A DNA stretch of 18,932 nt, taken from positions 1 to 18,932 of the forward strand of contig JBGSTX010000216.1 in assembly GCA_041736305.1 (NCBI GenBank), in the 5' to 3' direction. Within the stretch, counting starts at the first letter, position 1, and the number at the start of each line of letters is the position of its first letter. Source of the DNA: Oligoflexus sp. GTDB lineage: Bacteria; Bdellovibrionota_B; Oligoflexia; Oligoflexales; Oligoflexaceae. The notes beneath the pieces were generated by a model. That model was not told where the DNA came from, searched no databases, and was given only the letters and a program-made list of their open reading frames with translations. This document shows positions 1 to 7,355 of the stretch, piece after piece. A program made the position numbers and the translations under genes.

Positions 1-2
1 TG

Positions 3-245
3 ATTGAACACAATCTCGACGTGGTTCGGGCCGCTGATTGGGTGATAGATATTGGTCCTGAAGGAGGCAAGGCTGGCGGGCTCCTAGTAGGGGCTGGCAC
101 ACCAGAGGAACTCGCGCAGATGCCAGCGTCCTACACGGGGCGCTTTTTGAAGGATGCTCTGAAGAAGGCCCGCCTGCAGACGGCGGATCAAGCAGCGAAA
201 AAAGACAAGAGCAAGAGCCGAACTCCTGCTCTTGCGAAAGCTTGA
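3..245 (+). CDS. uvrA: Excinuclease ABC subunit A, C-terminal end (partial, runs off the 5' edge)
   Basis: Frame from nt 3 reads [38 protein letters not shown]...SYTGRFL, the canonical UvrA C-terminal motif, followed by a Lys-rich tail. Confidence 0.93.
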   Translation: MEHNLDVVRAADWVIDIGPEGGKAGGLLVGAGTPEELAQMPASYTGRFLKDALKKARLQTADQAAKKDKSKSRTPALAKA

Positions 246-249
246 GTTT

Positions 250-1209
250 CTACCAGCCGTAGTTAGGTTTGAGCGCAAAATGGTGCCGCGATTTGATCTC
301 GCGCACCGTACCCGTCTGTGAGCGCATGACGATAGAATGCGTACTAGCGCCATAGGCGGTGTAGCGCACACCTTTGAGATAGGAACCATGAGTCACACCG
401 GTAGCGACAAACATGACTTCACCCTTGGCCAGATCTTCGATGCCGTAGACCCGGTTCTCGTCCGTGATGCCCATAGCGCGGGCGCGGACGCGTTCTTCAT
501 CCTTACGGAATTGGAGGAGGCCTTGAAAATCTCCGCCCAAACAGCGTAGAGCCGCGGCAGCAATGACACCTTCTGGGGCCCCGCCGGTGCCCATGAGGAC
601 GTCAATGCCCGTCGAGTTTTCGGCCGCAGCGATCGCAGCTGAAACATCACCATCGCCGATCAGACGGATACAGGCACCTGCCTGCCGAACTTCGCCAATC
701 AAATTTTCGTGGCGAGGACGATCGAGGATGATGACGACGAGGTCTTGGACCTGCTTACGGAGTGCCTTGGCGATGCGTTGAAGGTTCCAGGTCGGTGTTT
801 CATTGATGTCGATGACGCCCCGCGCCGCGGCGCTGACAGCAATCTTTTTCATATATGTATCGGGTGCATGCAGAAAATTGCCGTGTTCAGCGGCGGCAAT
901 GACGGACAGGGCTTCGCTCCCGCCCTTGGCTGTGATCGAGGTGCCTTCGAGCGGATCGCAAGCGATGTCGATCTTAGGTCCATTACCCTGTCCTACTTTT
1001 TCACCGATATACAGCATAGGGGCTTCATCGCGTTCACCCTCACCAATAACGATCGTCGCTTCGATTTGCATGGAATCAAAGGCCTGACGCATGGCCTCGA
1101 CAGCTGCACGATCGGCTGCATGTTCATCACCACGTCCAACCCAACGTCCCGAGGCTAGAGCAGCGGCTTCGGTCACTCGTACGAATTCTAAGGCTAAATT
1201 TCTATCCAT
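250..1209 (-). CDS. glpX: Fructose-1,6-bisphosphatase class II
   Basis: Has MDRNLALEFVRVTEAAA, VIGEGERDEAPMLYIGE, DPLEGT, LDRPRH, DGDV, GGAPEGVIAAAA and ATGVT, all GlpX hallmarks. Confidence 0.96.
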   Translation of the reverse strand: MDRNLALEFVRVTEAAALASGRWVGRGDEHAADRAAVEAMRQAFDSMQIEATIVIGEGERDEAPMLYIGEKVGQGNGPKIDIACDPLEGTSITAKGGSEALSVIAAAEHGNFLHAPDTYMKKIAVSAAARGVIDINETPTWNLQRIAKALRKQVQDLVVIILDRPRHENLIGEVRQAGACIRLIGDGDVSAAIAAAENSTGIDVLMGTGGAPEGVIAAAALRCLGGDFQGLLQFRKDEERVRARAMGITDENRVYGIEDLAKGEVMFVATGVTHGSYLKGVRYTAYGASTHSIVMRSQTGTVREIKSRHHFALKPNYGW

Positions 1210-1412
1210 CGTTTCCCCCTATCTCTTCATAGGTAACGGAAAAAGCAAAAGGTAGGAAAGGAGAAAAGCGAAGTTCTCGACCCCTAGGCTACAAGCTTGC
1301 TTGGTTTGAAATTTCGCAGTCCATCACTCGCTTGAGGCATTCTGCCATGCCTCTTGCTCATATTGGCAAGCTTTGCTAGAAGGCAGCAGCGCAGTTCATA
1401 ACGAGGAAAACT

Positions 1413-2660
1413 ATGTCGCAGCGTTTATCTCTAAGCCTTTGTTTTGCCTTAATTAGTCTGACGATCGCCTGTGGCCCACAAAGCCAATCAAACTCTGAGC
1501 TAGATGGCCATTACGAAGAATCGTCAGCCCGTGCCATGCAAGTCTTCGACGGACAGCAGGAAGCGATAGCCGAGTACGAAGCCGTTCAAGACGTCATCAT
1601 TTCGCTACCTCTCTTGACTGAATTTAACAAAGAGCTTATGGCCCGTGAAATCCTCAACTCGGGCATAGATACCCTCTGGATTACGGTGCCGAGTGATTAT
1701 CAGGGTGATTTGCAAGATTCTGAATTTGCCGAACTGCGGCGTGTAGTCGGGGATAAGATTGCGCGGGTCAAGCTACTTCAACAGCGGGAAGACGGGCCCC
1801 TGACGGTTTGGTCGCGGGACTGGGCTCCGCTAGGTGCTCGTACAACTGCCGGCAAACTGCGGCTGGTGGACTTCAACTACTATCCGAACCGCAGTGCTGA
1901 TGATTCGACCGCACGCTCGATGCTCCCCATCTTGCGAACAAGCAACGCCTCCATCGATCGCGTGAGCGTTCCCGTCTACAACGAAGGCGGTAACTTCATG
2001 AATAACAGCCAGGGCGTCTGTATGATGACGACGCGGGTGACCGACGCCAACGCAGTGGCTAGCTTCACGACGGATATGATCCTCAACAACAATCAAATCA
2101 AAGATTACTACCGCCGTTTCGCTGGCTGCCGTCAGACCTATATTTTCCCGCGCATGCCCTATGAGGGCACGGGGCATATCGATATGTGGGGCAAGTTCCT
2201 TGATAGCGAGACCGTTCTCGTCGGCGAAGTTCGCGATGAAATCCTAAGCTTGGATGGATACACCGCCAAGCAGGTGAAGGCGGTGAAAAAAGTACAGACC
2301 TATCTTAATCAGCGTGCGAATGAGATCGCTGGCCTCGGCTATAAAATTGTGCGGGTCCCGATGCCGGCTCCGGTAGCGACTGCCGAAGGAGGTTGGATGT
2401 TCCGCTCCTATACCAACTCATTAACCTCGAATAAATTTGCTTTGGTTCCTCGCTATCTAGCGCCTGCTAATACCCTCTTGGGCTATAAAGGCAACTACAT
2501 CGATCAACAGTACCTGGCCCGCTACGAACTTGAAGCGATCAATGTCTACCGCAAGCTCGGCTACATTTTTAAATGGATCGTAACCGACGATTTGATTGCC
2601 GCCGGAGGTGCTGTGCACTGTACGACGATGCAGCTCGGTCGCGTCCCGGTCGCTCAGTGA
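1413..2660 (+). CDS. Agmatine deiminase / Porphyromonas-type peptidylarginine deiminase family lipoprotein
   Basis: Motifs WSRDWAP, NEGGNF, GHIDMW, SYTNSL and GGAVHCTTMQ cover the catalytic Asp/His/Asp/Cys set. N-terminal signal ends in lipobox LTIAC. RBS GAGGA upstream. Confidence 0.88.
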   Translation: MSQRLSLSLCFALISLTIACGPQSQSNSELDGHYEESSARAMQVFDGQQEAIAEYEAVQDVIISLPLLTEFNKELMAREILNSGIDTLWITVPSDYQGDLQDSEFAELRRVVGDKIARVKLLQQREDGPLTVWSRDWAPLGARTTAGKLRLVDFNYYPNRSADDSTARSMLPILRTSNASIDRVSVPVYNEGGNFMNNSQGVCMMTTRVTDANAVASFTTDMILNNNQIKDYYRRFAGCRQTYIFPRMPYEGTGHIDMWGKFLDSETVLVGEVRDEILSLDGYTAKQVKAVKKVQTYLNQRANEIAGLGYKIVRVPMPAPVATAEGGWMFRSYTNSLTSNKFALVPRYLAPANTLLGYKGNYIDQQYLARYELEAINVYRKLGYIFKWIVTDDLIAAGGAVHCTTMQLGRVPVAQ

Positions 2661-2671
2661 TAGAAGCATGC

Positions 2672-2698
2672 CTCCTCGTCGCTCAGGACGAGGAGTTT
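2672..2698 (+). terminator. Probable intrinsic terminator
   Basis: CTCCTCGTC-gctcag-GACGAGGAG hairpin followed by TTT, just after the deiminase stop. Confidence 0.55.
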
Positions 2699-2767
2699 GG
2701 AAAAAAAGATCTGTGACTGGAGATCGAAGCATAATACCTTATCCTGAGAGACAGCTTGGCCATCGTC

Positions 2768-2794
2768 TTAATGGCAAATGGCTGAGTCCGATCA
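2768..2794 (+). promoter_or_regulatory. Putative sigma28 (FliA)-type promoter
   Basis: TTAA-N15-TCCGATCA versus consensus TAAA-N15-GCCGATAA, ending 17 nt before the ATG at 2812. Confidence 0.4.
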
Positions 2795-2811
2795 CTCTTG
2801 GGAGTTCTATA

Positions 2812-3207
2812 ATGAGAAAATTATTAGAATTGGCTTTTGCTTCGACCCTATTATCTACCCCAATCATGGTCCCCAGCACCATTTTGGCGGCTGAGCCTAC
2901 TATGCAGAGTCAGGCCCAGGCCTGGCAGAAGGTGGACAATAAGAAAGTCTGCATGGTCACCGACATGGTTTTCCCGCGGGACCAGATTCCCATTCAAGTC
3001 GGCAGCAAAACCTACTACGGCTGCTGTGAAAACTGCAAAAACACGCTCGGCAAAGATGAGAAGGTCCGCTTTGCGATTGATCCGGTAAGTGGAAAAAAAG
3101 TCGATAAGGCTACGGCAGTTATCGCCGCGGGACCGGACGGGTCGGTGACTTACTTCGAAAATGATGCGAACTTCGAAAAATTCGTAGCCCTCCGCACAAA
3201 ATCTTAA
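2812..3207 (+). CDS. Exported YHS/TRASH-like metal-binding protein
   Basis: Start moved to ATG 2812 (GGGAG RBS upstream, signal peptide follows). Motifs VCMVTD, YYGCCENCK, DPVSG and YFE are YHS-like repeats. Confidence 0.78.
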   Translation: MRKLLELAFASTLLSTPIMVPSTILAAEPTMQSQAQAWQKVDNKKVCMVTDMVFPRDQIPIQVGSKTYYGCCENCKNTLGKDEKVRFAIDPVSGKKVDKATAVIAAGPDGSVTYFENDANFEKFVALRTKS

Positions 3208-3241
3208 TGACTTAGCTATTTTTCCTGCGTCTACCCATCAT

Positions 3242-3269
3242 AGAGCCGAGCTCGCGCCGCGCCGGCTCT
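3242..3269 (+). terminator. Possible terminator hairpin
   Basis: AGAGCCG...CGGCTCT inverted repeat followed by a T-rich stretch. Confidence 0.35.
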
Positions 3270-3337
3270 TGGCTTGTCTTTGAGACTTTTACAGGCTAAG
3301 AGAGCCTTAAATGTCGCTCCTTGATGAAGGAAAAAAT

Positions 3338-4774
3338 ATGAAAAATACTGCGATAAACACGCTCATTATCTATTCCTGCTTATCAGCCACCATGTCACTA
3401 TCAGCTCAGTCTGAGTCTGCTCCGAAAGATCGAGCTCGGAATCTATTGCAAAACTCCTGTGCTGTGAGTGGCTGTCATGCTCCGGGTGGGGCTATCAATT
3501 TTCTAAACAGGAACGGCGAGATCGATTGGCCTCTGGTGAAGAGCATCAGTACCCGCATTACTGCCCGTATTGACGACGGCAGTATGCCACCAGCTGGGAC
3601 TACGCAGCTTTCTTCTGAAGATAGGAAAGCCCTCAGCAACTACCTAGGATCTTTAGCAACAGCGGCCCCAAGCTTCGAAGATCGTCTCGCGTCTTTGCGC
3701 GTTCCAAAAGGTTTTCAGGTCGAAGTCTTTGCCAAAGCTAAGGGCGCGCGTTCTTTAACGGTAAGCCCTGATGGAATCGTCTTCGTTGGTACAGGCGGAT
3801 TTTCCAACGTCGACCCCGAAGGTCGCGTATTCGCGATAGTCCCAAGTCCCAATGGAAATAAGGTCATGGCCCTGGCCCGTGGACTCAATAATCCCAACGG
3901 TGTAGCTCTCAAAGGAAATGACCTTTATGTTGCCGAAGAAGGACGTATCCTGAAATTCAAGGATGCGCTCCCGTACGTAAAAGAAAACATCAGCAAAGAC
4001 CTGGGCCAGAAGTCGGCTCCATTCACGGTTATCTATTCAGGCTTTTACACCGAAGGCTCTCATAGCTGGAAATATCTAGGCTTCGGCCCTGACGGCAAGC
4101 TTTATGTCAATATTGGCGCGCCTTGTAATGTCTGTCTCAAAGACCGCAACGTTTTCGCAAGCATCTTTCGGATGAATGAGAACGGCGGCGAATTCGAGCT
4201 CGTAGCCAAAGGTGTCCGTAACACGGTGGGCTTCGATTGGGATCTTGAAAGCAAGACCTTGTGGTTTACCGATAACGGCCGCGATATGTTAGGCGATAAC
4301 ACGCCTGCCGACGAACTCAATCGCCTCGACAAAATCGGCCAGGACTTTGGATTTCCTTACTGCCATGCGAAATCGTTGACCGATCCTCAGTTCAACTCTA
4401 AAAACTGCGATGGCCCAGAGTTCACCAAACCCGTAATTGAGCTGGGTCCTCATGTGGCGGCCTTAGGTCTCACCTTCTACCGCGGCAAGCAGTTTCCTCC
4501 CGCTTATCATAATCAGATTTTTATTGCGGAACATGGCTCTTGGAATCGTTCAAAGAAAAATGGCTATCGCCTTTCGCTAGTGCAGAGCACTAAGGGAGCT
4601 GACGGCAAGGAAGTAAAAACCTATAAACCTTTTCTAAGTGGTTGGTTGAACGATTCCGAGCAAAGCAACTGGGGACGCCCTGTCGATGTTAAAAATTATA
4701 TCGACGGCTCGCTTCTTCTCAGCGATGACCAAGGGGGAATCGTCTACCGTATTTTTTATCGTGGCGAAAACTGA
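3338..4774 (+). CDS. Cytochrome c domain fused to a PQQ-dependent sugar/sorbosone dehydrogenase (beta-propeller)
   Basis: Signal peptide; CAVSGCH...MPP heme domain; then LRVPKGFQVEVFA, IGAPCNVC, GVRNTVGFDW, DNGRD, PHVAALGLTFY, AEHGSWNRS and GRPVDV...DGSLLLSDD of the sorbosone dehydrogenase family. ATG 3338 has a GAAGGA RBS; 3311 is an alternative start. Confidence 0.88.
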   Translation: MKNTAINTLIIYSCLSATMSLSAQSESAPKDRARNLLQNSCAVSGCHAPGGAINFLNRNGEIDWPLVKSISTRITARIDDGSMPPAGTTQLSSEDRKALSNYLGSLATAAPSFEDRLASLRVPKGFQVEVFAKAKGARSLTVSPDGIVFVGTGGFSNVDPEGRVFAIVPSPNGNKVMALARGLNNPNGVALKGNDLYVAEEGRILKFKDALPYVKENISKDLGQKSAPFTVIYSGFYTEGSHSWKYLGFGPDGKLYVNIGAPCNVCLKDRNVFASIFRMNENGGEFELVAKGVRNTVGFDWDLESKTLWFTDNGRDMLGDNTPADELNRLDKIGQDFGFPYCHAKSLTDPQFNSKNCDGPEFTKPVIELGPHVAALGLTFYRGKQFPPAYHNQIFIAEHGSWNRSKKNGYRLSLVQSTKGADGKEVKTYKPFLSGWLNDSEQSNWGRPVDVKNYIDGSLLLSDDQGGIVYRIFYRGEN

Positions 4775-4793
4775 GGCCGAAGCCACCCATAAT

Positions 4794-4824
4794 GAGTTCA
4801 CGGATCCTCTGGGTCCGTGAACTC
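4794..4824 (+). terminator. Strong stem-loop after the dehydrogenase gene
   Basis: GAGTTCACGGATCC-tct-GGGTCCGTGAACTC, a 14-bp stem with one G-U pair. No clear U tract. Confidence 0.55.
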
Positions 4825-5032
4825 GACTGGTCTTCGCTCTACTGGGCTCGCGTGGCGATATAAAAATCGCCTACTTGCCTAAAATCGCGCTGAAATCTCC
4901 CAGTTGAATCATAGCTTTTTCTGTCAAGTTTTCTAACAGCTGTATCTGTCCTGACCATCGGCTCAAGCCAGCAAAAAATTACCAATCGAATACTTTCGAT
5001 AGCTTCCCCCCCAATTCACGCCTCATCGAAGC

Positions 5033-5048
5033 TAGCACAACTTATGAA
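5033..5048 (+). promoter_or_regulatory. Degenerate sigma54-like -24/-12 element
   Basis: TAGCACAACTTATGAA versus TGGCACRNNNNTTGCW. Spacing is correct, but both invariant dinucleotides are altered. Palindromes lie upstream at 4921-4939 and 4985-5000. Confidence 0.3.
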
Positions 5049-5169
5049 TAAGGAGTCTTGCTGCATCAGGAAGTTTAACGCTTCACTGAGCTGAATTATG
5101 ATCGGAGTGATGCGGACTAACAAGTCGCTGCAGCAATCATTCTGAGAACCATCGTACAAGGAATTTTCC

Positions 5170-6276
5170 ATGCTGTTCTCGTCCTCATGCCGTGTTCTCT
5201 TCTTGTTAATGGGATTAAGCCTACTCGGCTGCCAGAAAAATGCTCAAGAAACTGATGAAGCCTCAACCCAGCAAACTAGGCCCGGTGGCCCTCCGGGTGG
5301 TCCACAACCTGTTTTTATTCAGCCTTTCAAAGTCTGTAAGCAGATGCCTGACATTGGCAAAAACGATGGATCGACTAAAGAAGTCTGTGCACAAACCAGC
5401 ATCGCCGGAGCTACTCATGAGGGCTATGTTTTCTCTCAAGTCGCTTCTTGCGATATCGTCCGGACCCAAAGACCTTTTGCCCCAAAAGCAAAGCCTATCG
5501 TCACTCCGCCTGATGATCCGCGCCTATCAGATCCAGAGTTCATGAAAGAGTTGCAGTGGTTGACCTCGCAAGCCCGCTCTACTGGTTGCGCTTGCTGCCA
5601 CGACTCTTCAGCTGTTGCGACTAAGGACTATGCGAACTGGGATATCTCGACTCCTGGAATCTGGACCGATCAGCTTTCTACTCGCGCTCTAGGCCTTCTT
5701 TCGAACCGTCTCGATGCGACGACTCTCGGCGCTTATCCGAAAGAAGAAAACTTCGGCTTCGATCGCTCGAAGACAGGCATACCGACTAACGACGTTCCGC
5801 GCATGCAGCGCTTTGTCGAAAAAGAAGTTCAGAATCGCGGCCTCGAAGAGCAAGACTTCGTCGGACTCAAGCCTCTCGGTGGACCCTTGCTGAGTATGAT
5901 CCGTAAAGCTCCTGAAGCCTGTAAACCTGGTGTAGGTATCGACAGCAGCGGCCGCGTCCTTTGGACCAGTGGTGCTGCCCGTTATATCTATGTCTTGGGT
6001 GAAAAGGCTGAAACGCCTATAGTTCCGCCCAACCTCGACAAACCCCAGGGAACACTCTGGCGTCTTGATGTGTTGAGCAGCCTCGGCAAGAGTGGAACAC
6101 CACTTGAGAGTGGCTTGATCTACGGTAGCGAACCTGCTGGCACTCTCCAGCAGATCCCTGCAAAGCCAGCTAAGGTTTCTTCTCTAGTAGCGGGTCAAAC
6201 CTATAGGCTGCATGTTTTGCCAGACGTTCCCCTGGCAAGCACCAGCTGCTTCTTTACTTACCCAATAGCTCCATAA
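5170..6276 (+). CDS. Cys-rich lipoprotein with a single CxxCH (CACCH) putative heme c motif; function unknown
   Basis: Lipobox LLGC; SCDIVRTQRP, DPR...ELQW and CACCHDS motifs. From recall it resembles an uncharacterised myxobacterial/Leptospira family; not verified. Confidence 0.75.
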   Translation: MLFSSSCRVLFLLMGLSLLGCQKNAQETDEASTQQTRPGGPPGGPQPVFIQPFKVCKQMPDIGKNDGSTKEVCAQTSIAGATHEGYVFSQVASCDIVRTQRPFAPKAKPIVTPPDDPRLSDPEFMKELQWLTSQARSTGCACCHDSSAVATKDYANWDISTPGIWTDQLSTRALGLLSNRLDATTLGAYPKEENFGFDRSKTGIPTNDVPRMQRFVEKEVQNRGLEEQDFVGLKPLGGPLLSMIRKAPEACKPGVGIDSSGRVLWTSGAARYIYVLGEKAETPIVPPNLDKPQGTLWRLDVLSSLGKSGTPLESGLIYGSEPAGTLQQIPAKPAKVSSLVAGQTYRLHVLPDVPLASTSCFFTYPIAP

Positions 6277-6287
6277 TCAGCTGCGTT

Positions 6288-6323
6288 TTTGCTCACAAGC
6301 TGCTTCAGCAGCTTGTGAGCAAA
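6288..6323. terminator. Bidirectional terminator between convergent genes
   Basis: Perfect 16-bp inverted repeat TTTGCTCACAAGCTGC-ttca-GCAGCTTGTGAGCAAA between the stops at 6276 and 6328. Confidence 0.75.
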
Positions 6324-6327
6324 CGTT

Positions 6328-7062
6328 TCAGCCCTGCAAACGCGCAAGTATGCCTGAACGTTCTTGCCGCAAAGCGCGCTGCTCGGCACTGCTGATCGTA
6401 CCATCCTGGTCCTTGTCATAGGATTTCAGAACTTTATCCCAGGCCCGAATGAGCAGCAGTCGCTGCTCTTTATCGCCTTTGATAAAGGCCTGACGCTTGA
6501 GACTTGGCCCCAACCCTCGCAGTAGTCCTTTAATTTCTTCGCTCCCCAGACCAGCACTTCCAGCAGCCAGCTGCACATAGAGATCACGGCTGTAAGTATG
6601 GGCCAGGCTTTCGCCGCCACTCCCTAAGATTTCCGGCTTGAGGCGTAGAGCTAAAAACTCCTGCTCAGAGAGCAGCTGATCATGATCGCTATCGCCGAGT
6701 GCCAGTAGCGTGTGAGTCATCAGCTGCAGTCGCGAATCGGAAAAATTTGCATCAAATTCGAAGGCGCTGACGCGTTCCTGCTCACCCGAAAGGGCAAAGC
6801 CCAAACTTAATTCAGGCTTCACATTGTCTTTCGAAAAGCGGAAGAGCTGCTCAAGGTAAGCAGCAGCAAAGAAAGCCTCATCCGGCCCTACCACCGCCTC
6901 TGTGCTATGCTCGACCTGCTTTTCCTGGACCGTCGCGCTAGGGATAGTGGTCTGAGCACTTCCTGAAACCTGTCCAGGGTTATCTTCGCCCGCCTGACAA
7001 GCATTCAAGCCTAAACCCAAAAAGCTAGCGAGGAGCATCGTCTGTGTGGCCTGTTTAAGCAT
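6328..7062 (-). CDS. EF-hand-containing lipoprotein
   Basis: Lipobox LNAC; two EF-hand loops DSDHDQLLSEQE and DKDQDGTISSAE; AGGAG RBS upstream. Confidence 0.75.
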   Translation of the reverse strand: MLKQATQTMLLASFLGLGLNACQAGEDNPGQVSGSAQTTIPSATVQEKQVEHSTEAVVGPDEAFFAAAYLEQLFRFSKDNVKPELSLGFALSGEQERVSAFEFDANFSDSRLQLMTHTLLALGDSDHDQLLSEQEFLALRLKPEILGSGGESLAHTYSRDLYVQLAAGSAGLGSEEIKGLLRGLGPSLKRQAFIKGDKEQRLLLIRAWDKVLKSYDKDQDGTISSAEQRALRQERSGILARLQG

Positions 7063-7089
7063 TTTTCATGACTCCTATGATCTCTTCCT

Positions 7090-7118
7090 TTATCGGCCCT
7101 AGATCCCTCTCAGCTTGA
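7090..7118 (-). promoter_or_regulatory. Putative sigma28-type promoter
   Basis: Minus strand TCAA-N17-GCCGATAA. The -10 is perfect; the spacer is 2 nt longer than canonical. Confidence 0.4.
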
Positions 7119-7244
7119 GCGAGGCGTAAGTGCAGGCTCATTGTCCAAGCCTTTGAGAGACTTAGCATGCGCTTCGAACTTGAATTAAAAGCCTGGAAGG
7201 TCTCGAGGGGGTAGTGGCATTCTTACCGAAAGGCTGCAGCAGGC

Positions 7245-7313
7245 AGAAAAAGAAAAGAAAACAGAAATGAAAACGCGGCTTCTCCTCTTTTTTATCAGAC
7301 TGAGAAAGCCGCG
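7245..7313 (-). terminator. Intrinsic terminator of the NifA-like gene
   Basis: CGCGGCTTCTC...GAGAAAGCCGCG inverted repeat (7274-7313), followed on the minus strand by a long T-rich tract. Confidence 0.55.
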
Positions 7314-7317
7314 CCTG

Positions 7318-7342
7318 CAAAAACAAAAACAAAAACAAAAAC
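7318..7342. repeat. Short tandem repeat (CAAAAA)x4
   Basis: CAAAAACAAAAACAAAAACAAAAAC seen directly, just downstream of the NifA-like stop. Confidence 0.85.
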
Positions 7343-7355
7343 TTCAAACAATCTA

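Noticed and set aside
337-1158. Several plus- and minus-strand ORFs overlapping glpX
   Set aside because: Shadow frames of a well-conserved gene; no motifs or RBS.
1363-1378. TTGGCAAGCTTTGCT as a sigma54 promoter
   Set aside because: GG-to-GC spacing is 8 nt rather than the required 10.
2596-2811. Long N-terminal extension of the YHS ORF given in the track
   Set aside because: It overlaps the upstream gene and terminator; the RBS and signal peptide fit ATG 2812.
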